Shown piece by piece: positions 25,978-34,753 of a DNA stretch of 64,000 nt. The position numbers were made by a program, and so were the translations under genes. Source of the stretch: a virus. Taxonomy: Duplodnaviria > Heunggongvirae > Uroviricota > Caudoviricetes. The stretch lies in the IMG/VR virus record IMGVR_UViG_3300029725_000197. The stretch is one strand, 5' to 3'. The notes beneath the pieces are model-generated. The model made no database searches and had not been told where the DNA came from. It worked only from the letters and a program-made list of their open reading frames with translations. Position 1 is the first letter of the stretch, and every line of letters starts with the position of its first letter.

Positions 25978-27386
25978 TGGGATTCTGGGAATGGATGGGG
26001 TTTGAGAATCCAAGGGATTCTCCCAAAACAGAACAGCCAAAAGAAGGTCTGCCGAAGGTCACGGATAACGTCCGCGATTCCGGGCAGACCTTTGTGTTTG
26101 GCCGCTCCAATGCCGGGGAGCAGGTGGATGAGAAAGCAGCCATGCAGATCCCGACTGTGTATGCCTGTGTCCGTCTGCTGGCAGAGTCCATTGCGGCACT
26201 GCCGCTGCATCTGTACCGGATGACAGACGATAACGGCAACAAGGAAAAGGCGAGGGATCATCCGCTGTATAAGATTCTGTATCGCCAGCCCAACCCGGAG
26301 ATGACATCCTTTGTCTTCTGGGAAACACTGATGACCCACCTGCTCCTCTGGGGCAACGCTTACGCACAGATCGTCCGGGATGGCAAGAACACGGTGCTGG
26401 GGCTGTATCCGCTTTTGCCGGAAAATGTCGAAGTCGATCGAGATGAGAGTGGCGAGCTCTACTATATCTACCACGCCTACACGGATGAAGTTCCGGGAGA
26501 GCAGAATAAAGACCTCTACTTTCGCCGGGACGAGATCTTCCATGTGCCGGGGCTTGGGTTTAATGGTCTGATCGGTTTCTCACCGATCGCCATGATGAAG
26601 AACAGCCTCGGTACTTCCATTGCGGTGGATAAGTACGGTTCCTCCTTCTTCAAGAACGGCGCACAGCCCAGTGGTGTGCTGGAGCATCCCGGCGTTGTGA
26701 AAGACCCGAACCGTATCCGGGATAGCTGGGAAGCGGCTTATGGTGGCGCAGCGAACGCCCATCGTGTGGCAGTGCTGGAAGAGGGCATGGCCTACAAACC
26801 GATCTCCCTGCCGCCGGAAGACAGCCAGTTTTTGGAAACGAAGCAGTTTTCCGTGACGGAGATCTGCCGCATCTTCCGTGTGCCTCCGCATCTGGTAGCC
26901 GATCTGTCCAGAGCCACATTCTCCAACATTGAATACCAGTCGCTGAACTTCGTGATGCACTCCCTGACCCCGTGGCTCGTCCGCATCGAGCAGGGCATCA
27001 TCAAGGATCTGCTGCTGGAGGAGGAGCAGGATACCTACTTTCCAAAATTCAATGTGGACGGTCTGCTTCGTGGCGACTACCAGAGCCGGATGAACGGTTA
27101 TGCGACCGGCATCAGCAACGGCTTCCTCTCTCCGAATGATGTGCATCGTCTGGAGAACATGGATCTCATCCCGGCAGAGGAGGGTGGTGACGACTACTAC
27201 CTAAACGGCGGCTATGTGAAGCTGAAAGATGCAGGAGTGGCACAGCAGAATAAAGCTGCCGCAGTCCAGCAGAATCAGCCCAAACAGACACAGCCAGAGG
27301 AACAAGATCCGGAAGAAGAACCTGACAGCGAAAATCGGCTGAGTGAGAGTAAGCCACGAAAGAATGAAAGAAGGAGAACCCGATGA
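25977..27386 (+). CDS. portal protein (HK97 family)
   Basis: 469 aa, typical HK97-portal sequence (…LLLWGNAY…), immediately after the terminase. Confidence 0.85.
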   Translation: MGFWEWMGFENPRDSPKTEQPKEGLPKVTDNVRDSGQTFVFGRSNAGEQVDEKAAMQIPTVYACVRLLAESIAALPLHLYRMTDDNGNKEKARDHPLYKILYRQPNPEMTSFVFWETLMTHLLLWGNAYAQIVRDGKNTVLGLYPLLPENVEVDRDESGELYYIYHAYTDEVPGEQNKDLYFRRDEIFHVPGLGFNGLIGFSPIAMMKNSLGTSIAVDKYGSSFFKNGAQPSGVLEHPGVVKDPNRIRDSWEAAYGGAANAHRVAVLEEGMAYKPISLPPEDSQFLETKQFSVTEICRIFRVPPHLVADLSRATFSNIEYQSLNFVMHSLTPWLVRIEQGIIKDLLLEEEQDTYFPKFNVDGLLRGDYQSRMNGYATGISNGFLSPNDVHRLENMDLIPAEEGGDDYYLNGGYVKLKDAGVAQQNKAAAVQQNQPKQTQPEEQDPEEEPDSENRLSESKPRKNERRRTR

Positions 27387-28282
27387 AGAAATTCTGGAAC
27401 TGGATCAAAAACAGTGACGACACCAGAATCCTCCGGCTGGAAGGTCCCATCGATGAGGAATCATTCTGGGGTGATGAGATCACGCCGCAGATGTTTCGGG
27501 ATGAGCTGGAATCCGGCGAGGGGGATGTGACCGTCTGGATCAACAGTCCGGGCGGAAATGTGTTCGCCGCTGCCGAGATCTATACCATGCTTAGGGACTA
27601 CAAGGGCAGCATCACGGTCAAGATCGATGCAATTGCGGCATCTGCTGCATCTGTTGTGGCAATGGCCGGTGATACTGTTCAGATGAGTCCTGTTGCCATG
27701 CTGATGATCCATGACCCCAGCACGGTTGCGATGGGCAACACCAAGGACATGGAGAAAGCCATTGAGGTGCTGACCGAAGTCAAGGAGAGCATCATCAATG
27801 CCTATGCTGCAAAGAGCGGACTCAGCCACGCTCGTATTGCCAACCTCATGAGCAATGAGACCTGGATGAATGCGAAGAAGGCTGTGGAGCTGGGCTTCGC
27901 AGACGAGATCCTCTTTGCAAAGAAAGAGGAGGAGCCGGACAGTGACCCGGCAGACCCGGAGAATCCGGAAGAAGACCCTGACAGTGAACCGGGCGAGGGC
28001 GAAGAAAAGAAGCCGTTCCAGAAGGATACGGCAGGGCACCTTTTCTCCAGCCGTCAGATGGATCTAATCGTCCTGAACCGTCTGGGTGTGAAGCCGGAAG
28101 ATGTGGGCCAGAAACACACTGAGCCGAAGGAGCCTACTGCTGACCCGAAACAGTCCGCAGAGCCGACCCCTCCGGCAGAACCGTCTGCTAATTCCGGCCC
28201 TGTCCTTGATATGGACGGCAAGACCGAGGATGGCAGTATCCCCTACAATATCCTGATGAAACAGCTTGAGTGCATGAAGTGA
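27383..28282 (+). CDS. ClpP-like prohead (head maturation) protease
   Basis: 'VWINSPGGNVFAAAEIY…SAASVVAMAGD' is the ClpP/S14 serine protease core. Confidence 0.85.
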   Translation: MKKFWNWIKNSDDTRILRLEGPIDEESFWGDEITPQMFRDELESGEGDVTVWINSPGGNVFAAAEIYTMLRDYKGSITVKIDAIAASAASVVAMAGDTVQMSPVAMLMIHDPSTVAMGNTKDMEKAIEVLTEVKESIINAYAAKSGLSHARIANLMSNETWMNAKKAVELGFADEILFAKKEEEPDSDPADPENPEEDPDSEPGEGEEKKPFQKDTAGHLFSSRQMDLIVLNRLGVKPEDVGQKHTEPKEPTADPKQSAEPTPPAEPSANSGPVLDMDGKTEDGSIPYNILMKQLECMK

Positions 28283-28343
28283 CGTGCATTCAGGCTGTTT
28301 TTATATCCAATCAACCATCACAAATTTATGGAGGACAAACACT

Positions 28344-29549
28344 ATGAGTAAGATTCTGGAACTGCGCACCAAGCGCAACACTCTCTGGGAGCAGACCAAG
28401 GACTTTCTGGAGAAGAACCGCGGCGAGAACGGTCTGGTAAAGGCTGAGGCCGTGGAGCAGTACAACAAGATGGCACAGGAGGTCAAGGACCTGGGTGCAG
28501 AGATCGAGCGTCTGGAGCAGCAGGCACAGATCGAGGCACAGCTGTCCGCACCGACTTCCAGTCCTGTCCATGCTGACCCGAAGAACGGTGCCAAGAAGGA
28601 TGTCAAGCCGACCGCCACTGCCGAATATGCTGAGAACTTCTGGAACATGATCCGCAACCGCGGCCATTATGGCGAGGTCCGCAATGCCCTGTCTGTGGGT
28701 GAGGACACCGAGGGCGGCTTTACCGTTCCCGATGAGTTCGAGAAGAAGCTGGTGGAGGCACTGGAGGAGAACAACATCTTCCGTGGTCTGGCAACGGTCA
28801 TCCGCACCAGCTCCGGCACCCGTAAGATCCCTATCGCGGAGGATACCGGTGAGGCAAGCTGGATCGATGAGGGTGAGGAGATCCCGGAGAGCGATACTAC
28901 CTTCGGCCAGACCATGCTGTCTGCATACAAGCTGGGCACTATGATCAAGATCTCCAATGAGTTGCTGAATGATTCTGCTTTCGACCTCGCCACCTATATT
29001 GCCCGCCGTTTCGGTGTGCGTATGGGCAACGCAGAGGAGCGCGCCTTTATCACCGGTGACGGTGTGGGCAAGCCTCTGGGTCTGCTGGCTGAGACCGGCG
29101 GTGCCAAGGTCGGTGTGACCGCTGCCCAGAAGGATGCCGTTATCTTCGATGAGATCTTCAAGCTCTACTATGCACTGAAGGCTCCGTACCGCAAGAAGGC
29201 ACAGTTCCTCTGCAACGAAGCCCTGGTGCTGCAGCTGATGACCATCAAGGACAACAACGGCAACTATATCTGGAAGCCGGGTCTGGAGATCGGCAAGCCG
29301 GATACCCTGCTGAACCGTCCGCTGAAGACTTCCGCCTTCATGCCGGAGATCAAGGGTGGCAGCAAGGTCATGGCCTTTGGCGATTACAGCTACTACTGGG
29401 TGGCTGACCGCCAGAACCGCACCTTCCGCCGTCTGAACGAGCTGTATGCCCGTACTGATCAGGTCGGCTTCCTGACCACCCAGCGTGTGGATGGCAAGCT
29501 GATCCTGCCGGAAGCCGTACAGCTTCTGCAGATGGCACCGCAGGGCTAA
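28344..29549 (+). CDS. major capsid protein (HK97 family)
   Basis: 401 aa. RBS GGAGGA before ATG 28344. N-terminal coiled-coil delta domain then 'GEDTEGGFTVPDEF…' HK97 MCP core. Confidence 0.85.
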   Translation: MSKILELRTKRNTLWEQTKDFLEKNRGENGLVKAEAVEQYNKMAQEVKDLGAEIERLEQQAQIEAQLSAPTSSPVHADPKNGAKKDVKPTATAEYAENFWNMIRNRGHYGEVRNALSVGEDTEGGFTVPDEFEKKLVEALEENNIFRGLATVIRTSSGTRKIPIAEDTGEASWIDEGEEIPESDTTFGQTMLSAYKLGTMIKISNELLNDSAFDLATYIARRFGVRMGNAEERAFITGDGVGKPLGLLAETGGAKVGVTAAQKDAVIFDEIFKLYYALKAPYRKKAQFLCNEALVLQLMTIKDNNGNYIWKPGLEIGKPDTLLNRPLKTSAFMPEIKGGSKVMAFGDYSYYWVADRQNRTFRRLNELYARTDQVGFLTTQRVDGKLILPEAVQLLQMAPQG

Positions 29550-29575
29550 GAAAGCCCGGAAAGGAGGAGCCGGTT

Positions 29576-29914
29576 ATGGCACTGATCCCGCTTTACGAAG
29601 CGAAGACCTATCTCCGCGTGGACAGCAGTGATGAGGATGCTCTGATCGGTATCCTTTTATCTTCTGCGGAGCAGATGTGCAAGGATGTGGGCCGTTTATC
29701 GGAAGACCAGTGGGAGGCAGTCAATGCCGCTGACCGGGATGCGGAGAACGGAGTACAGCCCACAAGGGAACTGGAAGCCCTGCGAAGCACCTGCCGTGTG
29801 GCGATTTTGTATGCACTGGGGTATCTCTATGAGCACAGGGACGAAGCTGACCATCACCAGCTGATGCTGACGCTTCGTTCCATTCTGTTTGCTGTGAGGG
29901 AGGGGGTGTTCTGA
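29576..29914 (+). CDS. head-tail connector (gp6-like) protein
   Basis: 'YEAKTYLRVDSSDEDALIGILLSSAE' matches the Phage_connect_1 N-terminus. Confidence 0.6.
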   Translation: MALIPLYEAKTYLRVDSSDEDALIGILLSSAEQMCKDVGRLSEDQWEAVNAADRDAENGVQPTRELEALRSTCRVAILYALGYLYEHRDEADHHQLMLTLRSILFAVREGVF

Positions 29915-30267
29915 TGATCGAGAAACTGAATGAGCGGATCACAATCGAGAAAAGCACAGTCGTGACCGATAAGGTCGGAAACCATCGGAACACATGGGAG
30001 GATTATTTCACCTGCTTTGCCTACGCTTCGACCTATCAGGCGCAGGAAGAAGAGGGTGAGGTCACAGCCGAACAGAAGAGCGTGGTGTTTATGGTTCGCT
30101 GGTGCAGTGAGACGAGAGGTCTGACTTCCACTGGTTACCGTATCCGCTTCCGGGAGCAGCTCTACAATATCGAATCCGTTGACCCGATGAACTATCAGAA
30201 GAAGATCCTGAAGATTCATTGCAGACTGGAAAGGAGGCAGCCGGATGAGCAGAACCGTCAGCATTGA
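29914..30267 (+). CDS. head-tail joining / head closure protein
   Basis: Position and size (117 aa) fit, with an 'YRIRF…YNIESV' pattern. Confidence 0.55.
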   Translation: MIEKLNERITIEKSTVVTDKVGNHRNTWEDYFTCFAYASTYQAQEEEGEVTAEQKSVVFMVRWCSETRGLTSTGYRIRFREQLYNIESVDPMNYQKKILKIHCRLERRQPDEQNRQH

Positions 30268-30622
30268 TGAGATGGCAGATGCCATCAACGAAGGCTTAAA
30301 AGAATATGCAACGCTTGCTTCCACGCAGGTGAAGAGTGCTGTCCGTAAGTCTGCCAAAACGGTCAAAGACCAGATCTCGGCCAATGCACCGTCCAGAACG
30401 GGCGCATACAAAGGAAGCTGGGTGGCGACCAAACAGTCCGAATCCAGCCAGAGCCTTCAGATGGTGGTGCATTCCAAGAACCGCTACCAGCTGGCACATC
30501 TGCTGGAAAAAGGTCATGCCAAGCGCGGCGGCGGACGGGTGGCAGGAAGACCCCATATCGCTCCGGCAGAGCAGGCCGGCATCGAGCAGCTCCAGTCTCT
30601 CATCGAAAAGGCACTAAAGTAA
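30245..30622 (+). CDS. HK97 gp10-family tail component
   Basis: 'AHLLEKGHAKRGGGRVAGRPHIAPA' gp10 signature. Confidence 0.6.
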   Translation: MSRTVSIDEMADAINEGLKEYATLASTQVKSAVRKSAKTVKDQISANAPSRTGAYKGSWVATKQSESSQSLQMVVHSKNRYQLAHLLEKGHAKRGGGRVAGRPHIAPAEQAGIEQLQSLIEKALK

Positions 30623-30632
30623 GGAGGAACCA

Positions 30633-30950
30633 ATGACCCACGAAGAAGTAAAAGTTCTGGTGGAGGAGATGGGGCTTCCTTATGCGTATGACCATTTCGC
30701 AGAAGGGGAGAGCCCTGATCCACCGTTTATCTGCTTCCTGTATCCGAAAGCCGAGAATTTCGGTGCGGACAACCTTGTGTACCACCATTTCAACCGGCTG
30801 GACATTGAGGTGTACACCGACTACAAAGACCCGGATATGGAAGCAAATATTGAAGAAGTCCTGACCGCACACGAACTCTACTATGAGAAAAGTGAGGTCT
30901 GGATTGAAACCGAGAAGATGTATGAAGTCCTGTATGAGCTGACTGTGTGA
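30633..30950 (+). CDS. tail completion/terminator-like protein
   Basis: Position between the gp10-like protein and the major tail protein. 105 aa. Confidence 0.4.
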   Translation: MTHEEVKVLVEEMGLPYAYDHFAEGESPDPPFICFLYPKAENFGADNLVYHHFNRLDIEVYTDYKDPDMEANIEEVLTAHELYYEKSEVWIETEKMYEVLYELTV

Positions 30951-30984
30951 TGCTTGTGCAGGATATTTTTATGGGAGGAACACT

Positions 30985-31599
30985 ATGTCGAAGCAAAGCA
31001 ATAAGGTCAAATTTGGCCTGAAAAACTGCCATTATGCAAAGGCAACCTTTGACGAAGATGGCAGTGTCACTTACGCAAAGCCGGTCCGCATCCCCGGTGC
31101 AGTCAGTCTTTCTATGGATGCTAATGGCGAGATCGAGCCGTTCTATGCGGACAATATCGCCTACTATGTCGTGAATAACAACTCCGGCTACGAGGGTGAT
31201 CTGGAGATCGCGCTGATCCCGGAGAGCTTCCTCACGGACATCATGCACGAGGAACTGGATGGCAACGGTGTGCTTGCGGAGAACGCCAATGTGGAACTGG
31301 AGCATTTCGCCTTCCTGTTCGAGTTCGATGGCGATCAGCGTCACATCCGTCATGTGCTGTACAACTGTGTGGCAAGCCGTCCGTCCATTGAGGGTGAGAC
31401 CAATGAGGACAGCAAGGAAGTCAAGACGGACACCCTGAACCTGCAGGCAACCCCTCTGGCAAACGGTTATGTCAAGGCAAAGACCGGTACTAACACCACC
31501 GATGATGTCTATAACAAGTGGTACGATGCGGTCTACGAGCCGCAGGCAGAAGCTGTGGACACCGAAGACACCAGCCACACCGAGGAGCCGCAGGGCTAA
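30985..31599 (+). CDS. major tail protein (phi13 family)
   Basis: 'KVKFGLKNCHYAKATFDEDGSVTYAKPVRIPGAVSLS' phi13-MTP N-terminus. Confidence 0.75.
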   Translation: MSKQSNKVKFGLKNCHYAKATFDEDGSVTYAKPVRIPGAVSLSMDANGEIEPFYADNIAYYVVNNNSGYEGDLEIALIPESFLTDIMHEELDGNGVLAENANVELEHFAFLFEFDGDQRHIRHVLYNCVASRPSIEGETNEDSKEVKTDTLNLQATPLANGYVKAKTGTNTTDDVYNKWYDAVYEPQAEAVDTEDTSHTEEPQG

Positions 31600-31614
31600 G
31601 TGACCGACACACAC

Positions 31615-31633
31615 CGCAGGGCTTCGGCTCTGC
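31615..31633 (+). terminator. UUCG-loop hairpin GCAGGGC-TTCG-GCTCTGC (copy 1)
   Basis: Identical 18-nt hairpin repeated at 32504. Followed by T-rich 'ttacattattat'. Confidence 0.45.
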
Positions 31634-31661
31634 TTACATTATTATAAAGAGGTATATGACT

Positions 31662-32489
31662 ATGAAGAAGATTTTTCCTTTGTTCGCAGTGATCATCGTT
31701 CTGGTACTGGCTGTCTGCTCGTTCCACATCATCCCCACCGGTTACACGGGCGTGAAGACCAGCTTCGGCCAGATCCAGGAGACCACCATCCAGAGCGGCA
31801 AGCTCAACTTCTGCATCCCCTTTGTGCAGAGCATTCACAAGGTCAACAACAAGCAGCAGGATAAGCACATCGAAGCACAGGTCTGGGGCGAAGCCTCTGA
31901 CAAGACCCCTGTGTATGCTGCTGATGTCATCGTGACCTATCAGGTGCTTCCTGAGAAGAGTGCATGGCTGTATGCGAATGTGTCCGACATCAAGAATCTG
32001 GTCGGTGACGAGCTGGTGGCATCGGCAATCAAGTCTGCAATGGCTGAACTTGGCCCCAATGAGGTAACCAACCGCACCAAGATCGAGCCTCTGGCACAGC
32101 AGAAGCTGGCAGAGTCCCTTGTGCAGAAAGATGGTGAGGACGTTGTGTTCGTAAACAAGGTCGTCATCAACGACATGAATTTCGAGGATGCCTATAACGA
32201 AGCCATCCAGCAGAAGTCCATTGCACAGCAGAATGCAGATAAGCAGAAGATCGAGAATGAAGCCGCCATTGCCAAAGCAGAAGCGGATAAGCAGGTGGCG
32301 ATCACCAATGCAGAGGCGGAAGCCCAGAAGACCTCCATTGCCGCAGATGCACAGGCAGAGGCAAACCGTAAACTGGCAGAAAGCCTGTCCGATACGCTGA
32401 TCGATTACCAGAAGGTTCAGAAGTGGGATGGAAAGCTGCCCACTGTGAGTGGCGGTAATGCACTGGTCAGCATTGACCCGGCAGAGTAA
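31662..32489 (+). CDS. SPFH/band-7 (prohibitin/HflK-like) membrane protein, moron
   Basis: N-terminal TM 'IFPLFAVIIVLVLAV', then 'IIPTGYTGVKTSFGQIQ…' SPFH core and a C-terminal Ala/Glu-rich coiled coil. RBS AAAGAGG upstream. Confidence 0.75.
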   Translation: MKKIFPLFAVIIVLVLAVCSFHIIPTGYTGVKTSFGQIQETTIQSGKLNFCIPFVQSIHKVNNKQQDKHIEAQVWGEASDKTPVYAADVIVTYQVLPEKSAWLYANVSDIKNLVGDELVASAIKSAMAELGPNEVTNRTKIEPLAQQKLAESLVQKDGEDVVFVNKVVINDMNFEDAYNEAIQQKSIAQQNADKQKIENEAAIAKAEADKQVAITNAEAEAQKTSIAADAQAEANRKLAESLSDTLIDYQKVQKWDGKLPTVSGGNALVSIDPAE

Positions 32490-32503
32490 GAAACACGATA
32501 TAC

Positions 32504-32523
32504 GGCAGGGCTTCGGCTCTGCC
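32504..32523 (+). terminator. UUCG-loop hairpin GGCAGGGC-TTCG-GCTCTGCC (copy 2) + AATTTTACAT
   Basis: Exact repeat of the 31615 hairpin, bracketing the SPFH gene. Confidence 0.45.
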
Positions 32524-32555
32524 AATTTTACATGAAATTTTGGAGGATTACGATT

Positions 32556-32936
32556 ATGGCAGTTACAAAGAAAATCGAGATCGATGGCAAGGAAGTCACC
32601 TTTAAGGCAAGTGCCGCTGTGCCTCGCCTGTACCGTATCAAGTTCGGCCGTGACATCTACAAAGACCTGCGTCAGCTGGAAAAGAGCGTGGGAGAGAATG
32701 ATGAGGACAATTCCAACCTCGACCTGTTCAGTCTGGAAATGTTCGAGGACCTGGCATGGCTGATGGCCCGTCATGCAGACCCGGCAAAGGTGCCGGACAG
32801 CCCGGAGGAGTTCCTGGACCAGTTCAACACCTTCTCCATTTATCAGATCCTGCCCCAGCTGATCGAACTGTGGGGTCTGAATGTGCAGACCGAGGTGGAA
32901 TCCAGAAAAAACCTCGCAAAAGTGAGCGGGAAATGA
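32556..32936 (+). CDS. tail assembly chaperone (gpG-like)
   Basis: RBS GGAGGA before ATG 32556. Standard position before the tape measure gene. Slippery site near the 3' end. Confidence 0.7.
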   Translation: MAVTKKIEIDGKEVTFKASAAVPRLYRIKFGRDIYKDLRQLEKSVGENDEDNSNLDLFSLEMFEDLAWLMARHADPAKVPDSPEEFLDQFNTFSIYQILPQLIELWGLNVQTEVESRKNLAKVSGK

Positions 32937-33097
32937 CCACCCCGCTCTTTCTGCTGCGCTGTGTACAGCTCGGTATCAGCATCGCCGACCTCGATCTGCT
33001 GACCATCGGGTTGGTCAATGATATGTTCACGGAACGGCAGAACGACGACTATCCGTACAAAGAGCTAGCTTCGCAAAGTGATTTTGACAAATTTTGA
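32556..33097 (+). CDS. tail assembly chaperone -1 frameshift product (gpGT-like), shift at A_AAA_AAC 32906-32912
   Basis: Heptamer A AAA AAC in the 0 frame. The -1 frame stays open to 33097 (…KPRKSEREMTTPLFLLRCVQ…SDFDKF*). Confidence 0.6.
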
Positions 33098-33111
33098 CAG
33101 AATAAAACTCG

Positions 33112-33159
33112 ACGAGCGTGCATATATTAAACATGAAATAAGCACGCTCGTTTGATTTT
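33112..33159 (+). terminator. terminator (ACGAGCGTGC…GCACGCTCGT TTGATTTT)
   Basis: Perfect 10-bp inverted repeat with a 20-nt loop plus T-run. It also carries the ATAAGCACG half-sites. Confidence 0.45.
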
Positions 33160-33161
33160 AC

Positions 33162-33205
33162 TTGACTATCGTGCTTATTTCGATTACAATATAAGCACGG
33201 AAGGA
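33162..33205 (+). promoter_or_regulatory. abiE promoter (TTGACT-16-TACAAT) with ATAAGCACG / CGTGCTTAT operator half-sites
   Basis: Near-consensus -35/-10. Half-sites at 33139, 33170 and 33197 overlap the promoter, as expected for AbiEi autoregulation. Confidence 0.55.
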
Positions 33206-33215
33206 TGGTGATTCT

Positions 33216-33800
33216 ATGAATGAGATGACAAGATTAGTTCAAAATCATGATTACCTTACGCCGAGAATTGCGGAAAAATCTGGAATTTCAAAATTTAAGT
33301 TTTACAAATATGTTCGAGAAAACGGATTGGAGCCGGTCAGCCGTGGTGTTTATTCTACGGGAGCGGATTGGGTCGATGAGTTGTATGTGCTTCATAAGAG
33401 ATGTCCGAATGCTGTTTTTTCACATGACGAGGCTTTTTATTATCATGGTCTGACAGACAGAGAACCATTTGTCCACACACTTACCATATACAGCGGTTAC
33501 AATGCGCATCGGCTTACAGCGGATGGAAGTTGTAAAGTATATACGGTAAAACGGGAATTACTGGATGTCGGAAAGATCATTGTGAAAGACAATGATGGGA
33601 ATATGATTCCGATGTATGACCTGGAACGAACGATTTGTGATCTGATGAGAAGTCGGAGCAGTATTGAAGCACAGGATTTCAATTCCGTTCTGAAGACATA
33701 TGTTTCCAGAAGAGACAAGGATCTGAATCGACTTATGGAATATGCAAAGTTGTTTCGGGTTGATAATGTAATCCGAAGATATATGGGGGTATTATTGTAA
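33216..33800 (+). CDS. abiEi: AbiEi antitoxin / transcriptional regulator (type IV TA, abortive infection)
   Basis: 194 aa, AbiEi_4-like N-terminal wHTH. Adjacent to a DUF1814 nucleotidyltransferase. AT-rich (~40 % GC). Confidence 0.7.
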   Translation: MNEMTRLVQNHDYLTPRIAEKSGISKFKFYKYVRENGLEPVSRGVYSTGADWVDELYVLHKRCPNAVFSHDEAFYYHGLTDREPFVHTLTIYSGYNAHRLTADGSCKVYTVKRELLDVGKIIVKDNDGNMIPMYDLERTICDLMRSRSSIEAQDFNSVLKTYVSRRDKDLNRLMEYAKLFRVDNVIRRYMGVLL

Positions 33801-33801
33801 A

Positions 33802-34641
33802 ATGCAGCTGACACCTGAACAGGTTAAGGGAAGAATTAAGAATGTGGCAAAGGAAAACAAGGCAGATGCCAGAACGCTCATGCGAATTTATATGATGGAG
33901 CGTTTCCTTGAGAGAGTTGCCAATTCGCAGTATAAAGATAATTTTATCATCAAAGGCGGAATGCTGGTGACAGCAATGGTTGGCGTAGCATTGCGGTCCA
34001 CGATGGATATCGATACGAGTATTAAAAATCAGAATCTGTCGGCAGAAGATGCCAGACGGATTGTGGATGAAATCAAGGACATCGACCTTGGCGATGGAGT
34101 GAACTTTGAGGTTAAGGAAGTTTCCAATATCATGGATGAAATGGAATATCCGGGTATTCGGTTTACCATGAATGCCGTGATGGGAAAACTCGTTACACCG
34201 ATGAAAATTGATATTTCTACAGGAGATGTTATCACGCCAAGAGCAATCGAGTACAACTATAAATTGCTCTTGGATGACCGTTCCATCAGCCTTTGGTCGT
34301 ATAATTTGGAAACCATTCTGGCAGAAAAACTTCAGACGGTCCTTGCAAGAGGTCTTTTGAATACCCGAATGAGAGACTTCTATGACATCAAGACACTGCT
34401 TTCTATTTACGAGCAGGACATCGATGCTGATGTGCTGAAAAAGGCATTTGAGGCAACCTGTAAGAAAAGAAGCACCGAAAATCTGAAAGAGGAAGCACCC
34501 AAAATTATGGCTGCCGTCAGTGATGACGCACAGTTACATACACTTTGGAAGTCCTACCAGAAGAAATATCCGTATGCTGCTGATATCAGCTATGAGGATA
34601 TTATGGAGAGCACAATGCTCTTATGGAGTAAAATTCAATAA
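33802..34641 (+). CDS. abiEii: AbiEii toxin (nucleotidyltransferase, DUF1814)
   Basis: 279 aa. 'FIIKGGMLVTAM…STMDIDTS' NTase fold motifs. Start is 1 nt after the abiEi stop. Confidence 0.7.
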   Translation: MQLTPEQVKGRIKNVAKENKADARTLMRIYMMERFLERVANSQYKDNFIIKGGMLVTAMVGVALRSTMDIDTSIKNQNLSAEDARRIVDEIKDIDLGDGVNFEVKEVSNIMDEMEYPGIRFTMNAVMGKLVTPMKIDISTGDVITPRAIEYNYKLLLDDRSISLWSYNLETILAEKLQTVLARGLLNTRMRDFYDIKTLLSIYEQDIDADVLKKAFEATCKKRSTENLKEEAPKIMAAVSDDAQLHTLWKSYQKKYPYAADISYEDIMESTMLLWSKIQ

Positions 34642-34753
34642 TCGGTAGCAACCCCGTTGGAGAAATCTGACGGGGTATTTTTATACCCATTTTTAGCCTG
34701 TCTGCCCCGTGCAGATGGGCTTTTTTCATGCCTGCAAGGAGGTGGTTACGCAA

